A stretch of DNA of 63,999 nt, the filler included, from Octopus bimaculoides (taxonomy: Eukaryota): NCBI RefSeq assembly GCF_001194135.2. It is 5 parts of 5 records of this genome, joined end to end, with 100 filler letters (N's around TTAATTAATTAA, not from the genome) between each part and the next. Parts side by side here need not be neighbours in the genome. Positions count along the whole stretch, not along the records: positions 1 to 25,916 come from NC_068984.1; positions 26,017 to 52,459 come from NC_068983.1; 3 more parts are not named here. The stretch is one strand, 5' to 3'. Both the position numbers and the translations under genes were made by a program. Shown piece after piece: positions 23,264-34,512 of this stretch. The first letter of the stretch is position 1; the number at the start of each line of letters is the position of its first letter. The notes below the pieces were generated by a model that did not search any database, had not been told where the DNA came from, and worked only from the letters and a program-made list of their open reading frames with translations.

Positions 23264-24412
23264 CTGTAAGTATAATTATAAAAGTGTTTTATGACACCTT
23301 TGAACATTCAATTAGAACAAATTTAGATTATTACAAATTTGTGGTGTATGAGACATTTTTAGCTTCTTATGATCAATTTGCTAGAATATTTCTGAAACAT
23401 AATTCCACTAAGAGGCTGAAATTGGTTACTACTGACTTGATTTGAATGCACAAATGAATGTTACCATACTGCATGCTTTAATTGTATCATGTCCTCTTCT
23501 GACCAATACTATACATGTTAACATGACAACATCTAATGCATTTGGAAATATATTGGTGCTGCTGTTGTTGATTATGATAATGGAAATGGTAACAACCTCA
23601 CTAATGGCTTCAACAATGTTACCAACAACCTCACCACTACTAACATCAATATCCCCAAGCTAATAACTGCCAAATACCCTCTGCTCCCACTCCACCATCC
23701 TCAAAAAAAAAAAGAACACATTAAGTAATGTAGCCATGGATAGACAAAAAAGATAAGATGGTCATAGCTGTAATGTTTTTGATCACAGGTGTGCTTAACA
23801 TCATCATAATCCTCATTAACATTGTTGTTGCTTCTATTGACATCATTGTCATCACCACTGCCACCATCATTCTCATTATTGTTGTCATCACTTTTTGTTA
23901 GGTCTTTGTTGTCATCACTTTTTTTTAAAATCTAAGTTTCTCATTCTAGCATAGGTTGAACAAGTCTACAAAATATCCACAAACTACTCTATGAATCTCT
24001 TTTTCTACTTTATCTTTGTCTACTAAGTTTCCAATGTCTAATCCATGAATGAATCAAAGACACATCACATATGGCCCTCTGTGTATATTTATCCACAAAC
24101 TGTAAATCTGCCATTTTCAATTCTTCAATAATAGTCAGTAGTTAAAAAAGACTATAGTCTTGAATTAAATGATTTACAGTTTTTATTTCTGCGTCAAGTG
24201 TTTTTTGGTTCAAATTCTGCTTGAATTCATTTTGACATTCATCCTTCTTGGACTTATAAAATAATTACCTGTAATATACTGATCAATTCAATAAACTATA
24301 CCCCACTTTTCTGACAAAAGTTGACCTTATTCCAAAATATAAAAAAAGTTATTCATTAAAATTCTTAAGATAATAATTGCCAAAAAAATGTAATTATGAT
24401 TTAGAGAACAAA

Positions 24413-24640
24413 TTAGCCCTTGAGCATTCAGATTACTCTGTCAAATGTAATGCCTATTTATTAACACTGTTTTTGAATGAATCGTGCATTATCTTGTAGC
24501 TTCAAGATTTCAATGATGTAATTGTATATATTTACAATGAGCTTGTAGGGTTGGTGTAAGAGCCTGGATCTGGTTGGTGTGAATATAAAATAGATAGAAT
24601 ATTTGGGCCAGATATGGCTAGTTTAAATATGAAGGGTTAA
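24413..24640 (+). mobile_element. piggyBac-type MITE (~230 bp)
   Basis: Ends ttagccct...gaagggttaa (TTAA-CCCT...AGGG-TTAA type); an inverted diverged copy lies at 57695-57920. Confidence 0.7.
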
Positions 24641-24947
24641 AGTACAATAAACATTGTTGAAACTAAATATTTTATTTTTATGGCACAATTAAAAAAAAAT
24701 CCTCTATGTATAAGTTTTTTGTGTAGTTTTCCATTCCACTGTGAACTACAGTGATTTCTTTTGATTATGTACTAAGCCAAACTAGTAAGGGAGGGTTTAT
24801 AATCAGTTGAAATTATTTTTGTATTTTTGTTGGCATTTATTTTATCCACTACAAAATGATGAAGGGCAAACTTGTAGGTTTATAATATATTCATCTGAGA
24901 AGCTGAGTGTCTAGAATACTGCTCTGTTGACCTTTTAAGCACTTCAT

Positions 24948-25347
24948 CATCATCATCATCATCGTTTAAGGTCCGCTTTCCATGCTAGCATGGGTTGGAC
25001 GATTTGACAGAGGACTGGTGGAACCAGATGGCTACACCAGGCTCCAATCTAATCTGGCAGAGTTTCTACAGCTGGATGCCCTTCCTAACGCCAACCACTC
25101 TGAGAGTGTAGTGGGTGCTTTTACGTGTCACCCGCACGGAGGCCAGTCAGGCGGTACTGGCAACGGCCACGCTCAAAATGGTGCATCCCATGTGCCACCC
25201 GCACAAGAGCCAGTCCAGGAGCACCGACAACGATCCCGCTCGAAAATCCCNNNNNNNNNNAATCCCGCTCGAAAATCCCATGAAGGCCAGCCAGGTGGTA
25301 CTGGCAACGGCCACGCTCAATATGGCGCACCTCATGTGTCACCCGCT
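24948..25347 (-). mobile_element. young RTE 3' tail with tandem 3'UTR units; contains a 10-N gap with duplicated flanks
   Basis: (CAT)n tail, CpGs intact; aatcccgctcgaaaatccc-type sequence on both sides of the N10 gap. Confidence 0.85.
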
Positions 25348-25349
25348 AG

Positions 25350-25760
25350 TTGATGTATGATAATGTTGATAGCAGTGATGCTGGGTGGGGGGTGATGGTG
25401 GTGGTAATGGTGCTGTTAGTGATGGTGGTTCTTGACATGGTGGTGGGGATGCTGATGTTGGCAATGGTGGTATTGGTGGTGATCTAATTCAATGTGGGGG
25501 GTTGTCGATGATGATGGAAGTAGCGATGGTGGAGGTGATGTTTGTGACAGAGGCCGCAGTAACATATCTGTGGAGATATTTTTGTCATTTTTTTGTTGGT
25601 GCTATTGTAGTCATTATAGCTTTTGATGGTGGTGGTGGTGGTGCAATATTAAAAGTAGAGGCATTAGTGATATGTGGTAAAAGGTTAATGGTGGCGATGG
25701 CCATGATGGAGGTGGTGGTGGTGGGGTAATGCTGATGGTGGTGTGTTTTGTGTTTCCAAT
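25350..25760. repeat. degenerate (GGT/GAT)n low-complexity tract
   Basis: Directly visible; similar tracts at 23440-23900, 54110-54570 and 56030-56340. Confidence 0.8.
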
Positions 25761-25916
25761 CAAACTGACTCCAAGCCAGCAGTTTGGAAGATGACTTGAC
25801 CACAGTGGGCCTGGGGTATTAGTATGGTCTGTGGGTGGTGTTCACTGGGACTGACCGCTACAGCTGCTGCCGACGTTGGTGTAGTTTCAGCATCTGGCAA
25901 AATACTTCGATACGAA

Positions 25917-26016
25917 NNNNNNNNNNNNNNNNNNNNNNNNNNNNNNNNNNNNNNNNNNNNTTAATTAATTAANNNNNNNNNNNNNNNNNNNNNNNNNNNN
26001 NNNNNNNNNNNNNNNN
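25917..26016. other. artificial 100-bp scaffold linker N44-TTAATTAATTAA-N44
   Basis: Identical construct also at 52460-52559, 59909-60008 and 62879-62978; the 12-mer is palindromic with stops in all six frames. Confidence 0.95.
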
Positions 26017-26215
26017 ACAGTGAAAGAAGACATGCACCTAACACCAGAGCTGAAGACACCTCCGAAAGGGGGTAGGCCCCGCCACGTCAAAACGGTAGAG
26101 GAGTAGGGGCCGAAACCGGACGTGGTTCCTCCTGATGATGTCTTGAGCTAACTGGATCCTATAAAGGAGCTGTTGTGGTAGCAGACCACGAAACATGGTT
26201 GAAATTCCTCCTACA
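26017..26215 (+). mobile_element. Penelope-like terminal-repeat relic with two hammerhead-like cores
   Basis: CTGAAGA(26070)...CGAAACCGG and CTGATGA(26152)...CGAAACATG, plus GC-rich hairpins. Confidence 0.4.
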
Positions 26216-26689
26216 TATATACGACGAGCTTCTTTCAGTTCCCGTCTACCAAATCCACTCACAAGGCATTGGTCGGCCCGAGGCTATAGTAGAACACACT
26301 TGCCCAAGATGCCATATTTAGTTATATTTATATACAAATCTATATATATATATATATTTATATATATTTATATTTATATATATGTATGTGTGTATGTATA
26401 TATGTATAGATAGATTTGTGCATACATACATACGGATAGACAAACAGAGGGGTGTATAGACGCTCCTCTTGCTAAACTGTCCCTTCTGAAGCTGACTGTG
26501 CCAATAAAGCTGCGACATGCCAAATATAACAAAACCGCCACAACTTCACAGCTACATCCGTTTTTCCATATATGGTGGCTGTAATCTACGTCATTCCGAA
26601 CAGCTAACCATCTCTTTTATTCATCTTTGCTACCACCTTCTACTGTCTTTTTCGGCGAAACCTCTCAACTTAGCGTTTTAACAAAAGGA

Positions 26690-26984
26690 ACTGATGAATA
26701 AGTACCGGGCACAAGTCCGGGCAAGGTTGTTTATGGAAGACCAGCAGTCGCCCATGCATACTGACCTCCCCTCTCCACGCCACCAGTGTTATCCAAGGGA
26801 AAGGCAAAGGCCGATACAGCTTGGCACCTATGACGTCGCAACTCATTTCTACAGCTGAGTGGACTGGAGCAACGTAAAATAAAGTGTCTTGCTCAAGAAC
26901 ACAACACGCAGCCCGGTCTGGGATTCGAACCCACAACCTCACGATCGTAAGCTCGACGCTCTAACCACTGAGCCATGCGCCTTT
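26690..26984 (-). mobile_element. tRNA-derived SINE (family A), well preserved
   Basis: Head ggcgcatggctcagtggttagagcg...gggttcgaatccc has clean A and B boxes, followed by a non-tRNA body. Confidence 0.9.
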
Positions 26985-27860
26985 NNNNNNNNNNNNNNNN
27001 NNNNNNNNNNNNNNNNNNNNNNNNNNNNNNNNNNNNNNNNNNNNNNNNNNNNNNNNNNNNNNNNNNNNNNNNNNNNNNNNNNNNNNNNNNNNNNNNNNNN
27101 NNNNNNNNNNNNNNNNNNNNNNNNNNNNNNNNNNNNNNNNNNNNNNNNNNNNNNNNNNNNNNNNNNNNNNNNNNNNNNNNNNNNNNNNNNNNNNNNNNNN
27201 NNNNNNNNNNNNNNNNNNNNNNNNNNNNNNNNNNNNNNNNNNNNNNNNNNNNNNNNNNNNNNNNNNNNNNNNNNNNNNNNNNNNNNNNNNNNNNNNNNNN
27301 NNNNNNNNNNNNNNNNNNNNNNNNNNNNNNNNNNNNNNNNNNNNNNNNNNNNNNNNNNNNNNNNNNNNNNNNNNNNNNNNNNNNNNNNNNNNNNNNNNNN
27401 NNNNNNNNNNNNNNNNNNNNNNNNNNNNNNNNNNNNNNNNNNNNNNNNNNNNNNNNNNNNNNNNNNNNNNNNNNNNNNNNNNNNNNNNNNNNNNNNNNNN
27501 NNNNNNNNNNNNNNNNNNNNNNNNNNNNNNNNNNNNNNNNNNNNNNNNNNNNNNNNNNNNNNNNNNNNNNNNNNNNNNNNNNNNNNNNNNNNNNNNNNNN
27601 NNNNNNNNNNNNNNNNNNNNNNNNNNNNNNNNNNNNNNNNNNNNNNNNNNNNNNNNNNNNNNNNNNNNNNNNNNNNNNNNNNNNNNNNNNNNNNNNNNNN
27701 NNNNNNNNNNNNNNNNNNNNNNNNNNNATATATACAGAGAGAGAGAGAGAGGGGGGGGAGAGTGAGACAGACAGACAGAGAGGGGGAGAGAGTATGCAAT
27801 GAATATATATAGTATAATAGATATTGTTTCTTTGATATGTAATATCTGCAATAAAATAGT

Positions 27861-28398
27861 GAAGGCATGAATGCGCGTGGCCTACTGATTAGGAGTTTCG
27901 ATTTACAATCACAATGACATAGGTTCAGTTCCTGAACCGGGCAGCGCATTGTGTCTTTGAGCAAAGTACTTCATTTCACGATACTGCATTCCTCAAGAGT
28001 AAAAATGAACCCCCATCCGATTGGTAGAGCATCCCTCTCGCCTTCCGGTTGTCACGTCCTGAGAGCAAAGAAAGACTCCCGTCGGTCACGAATAACCATG
28101 GGATTGCACCTAAAACGTTCGGGCAAGGTTTTTTTTTTTTTTTATGGAAGACCAGCAGCCGCCCATGCATAACAGCCTCCTCTCTCCACACTACCCGTGT
28201 TGTGCAAAAGAAACGCCTTAGCCTTTCTTTTGGATAGAGCGTGGCACCAGTGACGTCGCAACTCATTTCTACAGCTGAGTGAACTGGAGCAATGTGAAAT
28301 GAAGTGTCTTGCTCAAGAACACTACGCACAGCCCAATCCTGGAGTCGAGCTCACTGATTATGAGCCCGACGTTCTAACCACTGAGCCATGCACCTTCA
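27861..28398. mobile_element. two converging family-A SINE copies (diverged + head 27861-27990; - copy 28050-28398)
   Basis: Both align with 26710-26984 in opposite orientations. Confidence 0.75.
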
Positions 28399-28759
28399 CA
28401 CCATCCTGATTGTACTACCATTAGCGAACATGGTACATATTAACAAGCTGTACTCTCTCGGGGTTGACGATTGGATCTTTAAATATGTAATATATCGTAT
28501 ATCTGGGATAAAATATAGAGTATATATGTATACTAATTATAGGCGTAGTTGTTTAGCCCCAGGTAAGCTATTATCCAACAGGCCTGTGATTAAAAGTTTC
28601 TAGTCATGAGTTATGACCACTTATATATATATATATAGATAGATAGATAGATACATACATACATACATACATTCATACAGATATGCATACATACGTACTT
28701 AGATGCATATATGCATACATACATACATGTGTACATAGGTCAATATGTAGATAGACAGA

Positions 28760-29729
28760 CAGACAGACAGACAGAGTGAAAGGAAATAAAAGAAATATAA
28801 CAGAACTGATTTTGTTAGAATGGTTAAAGAGGGAATGATTGAAAGAATGAAAAACGAATAAAAGAACGAATTAAAGAAAGGAAAGTGGTGTGAAAGAAAG
28901 AATGGAAAAGAAAAGAAGGAAACAAGCAAAGAGAAAAGAAACATAAACGTTGGTAAGGAAAGAAACAAACAAACAAACAAACAAAGAAAAAAAGCAGGAA
29001 AGAAAGGTGGGATGGAAGAATGGAAGGAAGAATAAAGTAACAAAAACAGAAAAAGAGAGGAATGAAGTAAAGCAGGAAGAAAGTGTGGAAGAAATAAAAA
29101 ATAAACAGAGAAAAAGCAAGAGACAAAGAGAGAAAGGAAGGAAGGGAGGATTTTAAAAAGGAAGGAAGGAAGGAAAAAAGAAAAGGAAGGAAAAAAGAAA
29201 AGGAAGGAAAAAAGAAAATGATGGAAAAAAGAAAAGGAAGGAAAAAAGAAAAGGAAGGAAAAAGGAAAAGGAAGGAATAATAGATAGAAAGAAAACAGGT
29301 AGAAAGAATAGAGAGATAGAAAGCAAGAACGAACTACTGGAAGAAAGAAGAAAAGAGAAGAATGAAGGAAGGAAGAGTAAACGGGGTAAAAGAAAAGAAC
29401 AGAAAGAAAGAAAGGAATAAGAAAATGGAGTAATTGAAAGGAAGGAAGNNNNNNNNNNNNNNNNNNNNNNNNNNNNNNNNNNNNNNNNNNNNNNNNNNNN
29501 NNNNNNNNNNNNNNNNNNNNNNNNNNNNNNNNNNNNNNNNNNNNNNNNNNNNNNNNNNNNNNNNNNNNNNNNNNNNNNNNNNNNNNNNNNNNNNNNNNNN
29601 NNNNNNNNNNNNNNNNNNNNNNNNNNNNNNNNNNNNNNNNNNNNNNNNNNNNNNNNNNNNNNNNNNNNNNNNNNNNNNNNNNNNNNNNNNNAGAAAGAAA
29701 AAGGGAGAAGAGAAAGCAAGCAAGCAAAC

Positions 29730-29785
<56 letters not shown>

Positions 29786-29872
29786 AAGAAAAAGGGAGAA
29801 GAGAAAGCAAGCAAGCAAACAAGAAAGAAAGAAAGAAAGAAAGAGGGGAGAAGATAAAGCAAGCAAGCAAAC

Positions 29873-29932
<60 letters not shown>

Positions 29933-30000
29933 AGCAAGAAGGAAAGAGTGAGAGAAAGAAGAAAAGAGAAAAGGAAGAAATAGAGAAGTGTGAGGAAAGG
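28760..30000 (+). repeat. ~1.2-kb polypurine tract: (GGAA/GAAA)n with ~60-70-bp higher-order units
   Basis: + strand almost pure A/G; agaaagaaaaagggagaagagaaagcaagcaagcaaacaag-type unit recurs 3 times at 29691-29880. Confidence 0.9.
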
Positions 30001-30324
30001 GTCGTAAAGAGGCGTCGAAATTCTTATATATAAATCCCTCATTGACTTATTGGTTGTGTGTGAGCAGGTCGTTGTAGTTTAACCTAAAACATCCGCTAGG
30101 TGGCAGCAGAGTGCAGATGATGAATGGAGTTTGGACTAACCTGTAGAATGTCTGGAGTGCTGATGCTATTGACAGCGGTTTGGCAAGCAGCAGGAAGAAC
30201 GATGAAAAATGAACATTATTCCAAAAACAAACCAACCAACCTAAGACAAACGAGAACAATAAACTGGGTATTAAAAATTACTTGCTTTAATTGATAAGAA
30301 AAATCGCCATCAATCATGGTTGGG

Positions 30325-31295
30325 AAGAAGAAGAAGAAGAAGAAGAAGAAGAAGAAGAAGAAGAAGAAGAAGAAGAAGAAGAAGAAGAAGAAGAAGAAGA
30401 AGAAGAAGAAGAAGAAGAAGANNNNNNNNNNNNNNNNNNNNNNNNNNNNNNNNNNNNNNNNNNNNNNNNNNNNNNNNNNNNNNNNNNNNNNNNNNNNNNN
30501 NNNNNNNNNNNNNNNNNNNNNNNNNNNNNNNNNNNNNNNNNNNNNNNNNNNNNNNNNNNNNNNNNNNNNNNNNNNNNNNNNNNNNNNNNNNNNNNNNNNN
30601 NNNNNNNNNNNNNNNNNNNNNNNNNNNNNNNNNNNNNNNNNNNNNNNNNNNNNNNNNNNNNNNNNNNNNNNNNNNNNNNNNNNNNNNNNNNNNNNNNNNN
30701 NNNNNNNNNNNNNNNNNNNNNNNNNNNNNNNNNNNNNNNNNNNNNNNNNNNNNNNNNNNNNNNNNNNNNNNNNNNNNNNNNNNNNNNNNNNNNNNNNNNN
30801 NNNNNNNNNNNNNNNNNNNNNNNNNNNNNNNNNNNNNNNNNNNNNNNNNNNNNNNNNNNNNNNNNNNNNNNNNNNNNNNNNNNNNNNNNNNNNNNNNNNN
30901 NNNNNNNNNNNNNNNNNNNNNNNNNNNNNNNNNNNNNNNNNNNNNNNNNNNNNNNNNNNNNNNNNNNNNNNNNNNNNNNNNNNNNNNNNNNNNNNNNNNN
31001 NNNNNNNNNNNNNNNNNNNNNNNNNNNNNNNNNNNNNNNNNNNNNNNNNNNNNNNNNNNNNNNNNNNNNNNNNNNNNNNNNNNNNNNNNNNNNNNNNNNN
31101 NNNNNNNNNNNNNNNNNNNNNNNNNNNNNNNNNNTAACAACAACAACAACGACGACGACGACGACGACGATGATGATGATGATGATGATGATGATGCCCT
31201 CGATGATTATGATTGCGACGGTGGTGGTAATGGTGGTGATGGTGGTGGTGGTGGTGGTGGTGGTGGTGGTGGTAGTGGTGGTGGATGGCGGTGGT
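30325..31295 (+). repeat. (GAA)n into a gap, emerging as compound (AAC)(GAC)(GAT)(GGT)n
   Basis: Directly visible. Confidence 0.9.
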
Positions 31296-31710
31296 GGTTT
31301 TGGCACAAAGCCAGAAATGTTTAGGGACGGGTGCTGCTCGATTCCCTCTATTCTAATCTTTCACTGGTGGTTCATATCATCTACCCCACAAAAAGAATGA
31401 AGGGCAAAGTTGACCTTAGTGGAGATTTGAAAAGTGTCGGAAGAGAAACTGCACACCCATTTTCCTCCGACGTCCTAACGATTCTTTCAGATCGTCATCC
31501 ATTTTGGTTAGTGATGATGACGACGACGGACAAAATGGTTAGCGGCATTTCATCTGTCCTTAAGTTCTGATTTTAAATTCCGCTGAGGTCGACTTAGCCT
31601 TTCATCCCATTCGAGGTCGATAAAATAAGTACCAGTTAAACACTGAGGTCGATGTACTCGACTTACTCCCTCTCCCGAAATTGCTGGTCTTGTGCTAAAA
31701 TTCGAAACCT
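31295..31710. mobile_element. family-C tRNA-like SINE pieces (- then +)
   Basis: aaattccgctgaggtcgactt...gataaaataagtaccag...tcgac motif shared with 40130-40570, 48275-48980, 50423-50750 and 62305-62500. Confidence 0.75.
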
Positions 31711-32289
31711 ATATATGGATGATGCAGTCCTCCTGATACAAGAGAGTCAAGGAACCCAGCAGATCCAAGATCACCCTGACTCTTATGGTCACAAACGCTT
31801 GTCTAACTGTTGTTCTTCAGTCTACAAGAGCATGCTTAGAATAGTAGTTCTATTCACCCTGAGCATTTCTTTCGCAGTGATCCACCTTTTGACAGATTCG
31901 CTACTAGAAGAGCAATTCCCTCCCCAGCCTCACTTTCGTTTTCAAGTGGAACCGAAAAGAAAGTTGTTTGCCATTACTCCTTTCAGCTTTATCCAACACG
32001 CAACCTCTTCACGATAGACAACAGAGGAAAACTGCCTGTCCAGCCTTAGTAATAATAATAATAATCCTTTCTAATAGATGCTAGAGGCCTGAGGTTTTGC
32101 GGGACAGGATCAGTCGACTACATGAATCCCAAAGCTTAACTGGTACTTATTTATCCACTCCGAAAGCATGTACGGCAAAGTTGACCTCTGAGGCATTTGA
32201 ACTCAGAACTTAATGTCGAAGAAATGCCACAAAGCATCTTTGTCCAGCGCGGTATCGATTCTGCTTGTTCACCGCCTGAGACTTTTCAA

Positions 32290-32830
32290 GAACAGTGAAA
32301 GAAAATTCTATAAACAACTGAACAATGAAGAGGAACACCAGGGAAATGATGTCAGACGCTGAAGTAGCAAGAAAATTCTGGGCAAAAAATATAGAGCAAA
32401 GAAGCTCAACGTAATATAAAAGCAGACTGGTTGCGGGAATTTAAAAGAAAAATGGAAGCTGGAGTGACACAGGAAAATATAACAATCACGGAGAAGAAAG
32501 TAAAAGAGGTAACACCCGGACCAAATGCTATCCAGAGTTTCTGGCTCAGAATCCTCTCAAGTATACACATCGCTTTATGACAAAATTTTACTGCCTACAT
32601 AGGAAATGGAACACCAACATCGATAACAAAAGGAAGGACAGTGTGGTTTCATATGGACAAAGAAAGCGAAGAGTCGGCAATTAGAGGCCTATTACTTTCT
32701 TATCATTACTCTGGTAACTTTTAACTGGTCTCAGAGCAGATAAAGTATATAATTTTCTGGAAAAGGAGAATCTATTGCCAGAGAAGCAAAGAGGATATAA
32801 GAAGAAATCAAGAGGAACTGCATATCTGCT
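32290..32830 (+). mobile_element. R4/Dong-like non-LTR retrotransposon, RT N-part (left piece)
   Basis: KFYKQL...ARKFW...PGPNAIQSFWL...KGRT...RPIT...ENLLPEKQRGYKKKSRGT. Confidence 0.8.
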
Positions 32831-32833
32831 CTA

Positions 32834-32894
<61 letters not shown>

Positions 32895-33404
32895 ATAAAA
32901 TAGTGTACATTTTAGCACAAGAGAAGCGACCTTTATCAGGCAGCTTTCCACGCTAGAAGAAGCAGTCAAAACGACCAAAACCACATTGAAGAGCAATTTT
33001 GAAGGGAATGAAAAATAAAAACATTTCCCTTGTTATTTTTTAAAATTTGCTAGGCGAAATTCTCATCTCTCTCTCTATATATATAGATACAAAAATAGAG
33101 GAATGACCAGCAAAAGTGGACTCCTATATGCTAGAAATAGATGCCGAATCATCTAACCACGAAAAATATGTTCTCAGTAAAAATTTAGCGACACAACAGA
33201 GTGTAAACTTTTACAGCTGTAAGACTTTATCCATAAAATATATTTTTAACTTTGCTATTGTTCTCTTTATCCTTTTCTCTCTTTATACAATACACACGCT
33301 AATACACGACCTATGTAATAATCCCCACTCTTGTTTATACAACGAATTGGGGCAAAACTAACCGGTATACATTTACTCGGTATTACCTGTATCTTTGGGT
33401 TTGG

Positions 33405-33801
33405 TTGAAAATGGTTTTGTTTCATTGGTCCTTTCAGCTAACGGTCTTTACAATGACCGGTTGCATGCAATGAACAAATTTCGGTATAAACTCATCTTAT
33501 TATAAAATCGAAGAAAACCACAAATCAGAAAAGAAGGACTGAGCCTAAATATCCAGAGTAAATAATAATAATTATTTGTAAAATATTAATCAATTAATAC
33601 ATTAAAAGTTATATCCGTTTAAAAATTTTTCACGTTGGATTACATATACATTTAGCAGTAAATGCACACACCAAACCATCTATTATATGCACGTCTACAC
33701 TAAACATACAGACGCATGTATATAGTTACATACATATACAGACATATATAGGCAACACATAAATATATATACAAATGCATATATATATACAAATGCCTAT
33801 G

Positions 33802-33897
<96 letters not shown>

Positions 33898-34285
33898 TGT
33901 GTACGCACGCACCCTGGCGTATGCTTATATAAGTTAGCTGCTACAGGCAAAAGAAAAAGTATGGGGTGGAGGAAGAAAACAGTGGAGAAGAAGAAAAAGA
34001 AATAAAAGAAAGAAACAGAAAACTAGCGAGAGAAAGGGGGAAAATAGATAGGGTCAGAAAGTGTTACAATCATGGCGCTCGAATGTGGCCAACGACAATT
34101 AGATACTTGATATAGCTTGCGCAACGAATACTTAAAAACGCACACATATTTAGGCTCCGTCCTTCTTTTTCGATTTATGCTTTTCTTCGATTTAATAAGA
34201 TGATTTTATACCGAAATTTGTGCATTGCATGCAACCGGTCCTTTAACCGTTAGTTAAAGGACCAATGAAACAAAACTATTTTCAA
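33405..34285. repeat. foldback: ~145-bp inverted repeats (33405-33552 and 34146-34285) around a (TG)n-containing spacer
   Basis: ttgaaaatggttttgtttcattggtccttt...gaccggttgcatgcaatgaacaaatttcggtataaa...gagcctaaatat recurs as its reverse complement with few mismatches. Confidence 0.9.
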
Positions 34286-34472
34286 ATGTGTATCTATTAA
34301 ACTAATATTATGTTTTCTTATAACCTTATTTCTGCTCCATTCTAAACAAAACTGTCTGACGTGAAACGCTAAGTAACAGTTTTCGTGATATTTTTGCTGC
34401 GTTTTAATAAAGCATATTATTCTGCCTCTTGTATTCGGGTACTATGTGTGCGTGTGTGTGTGTGTGCGTGTG

Positions 34473-34512
<40 letters not shown>

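Noticed and set aside
23442-23900. Thr/Ile/Met-rich ORFs here and at 25502-25803 and 54131-54571
   Set aside because: Translations of degenerate (CAT/CAC/GGT)n tracts; no splice or homology support
25250-25280. Local duplication around the 10-N gap in the RTE copy
   Set aside because: The same ~18 nt lie on both sides of a minimal gap, most likely an unmerged contig overlap
25961-25972. TTAATTAATTAA as a biological motif (PacI or homeodomain site)
   Set aside because: Always centred in exactly 44+44 Ns; an assembly spacer
26900-26984. tRNA gene
   Set aside because: A and B boxes are present, but the head continues into a repeated non-tRNA body found in three other places; it is a SINE
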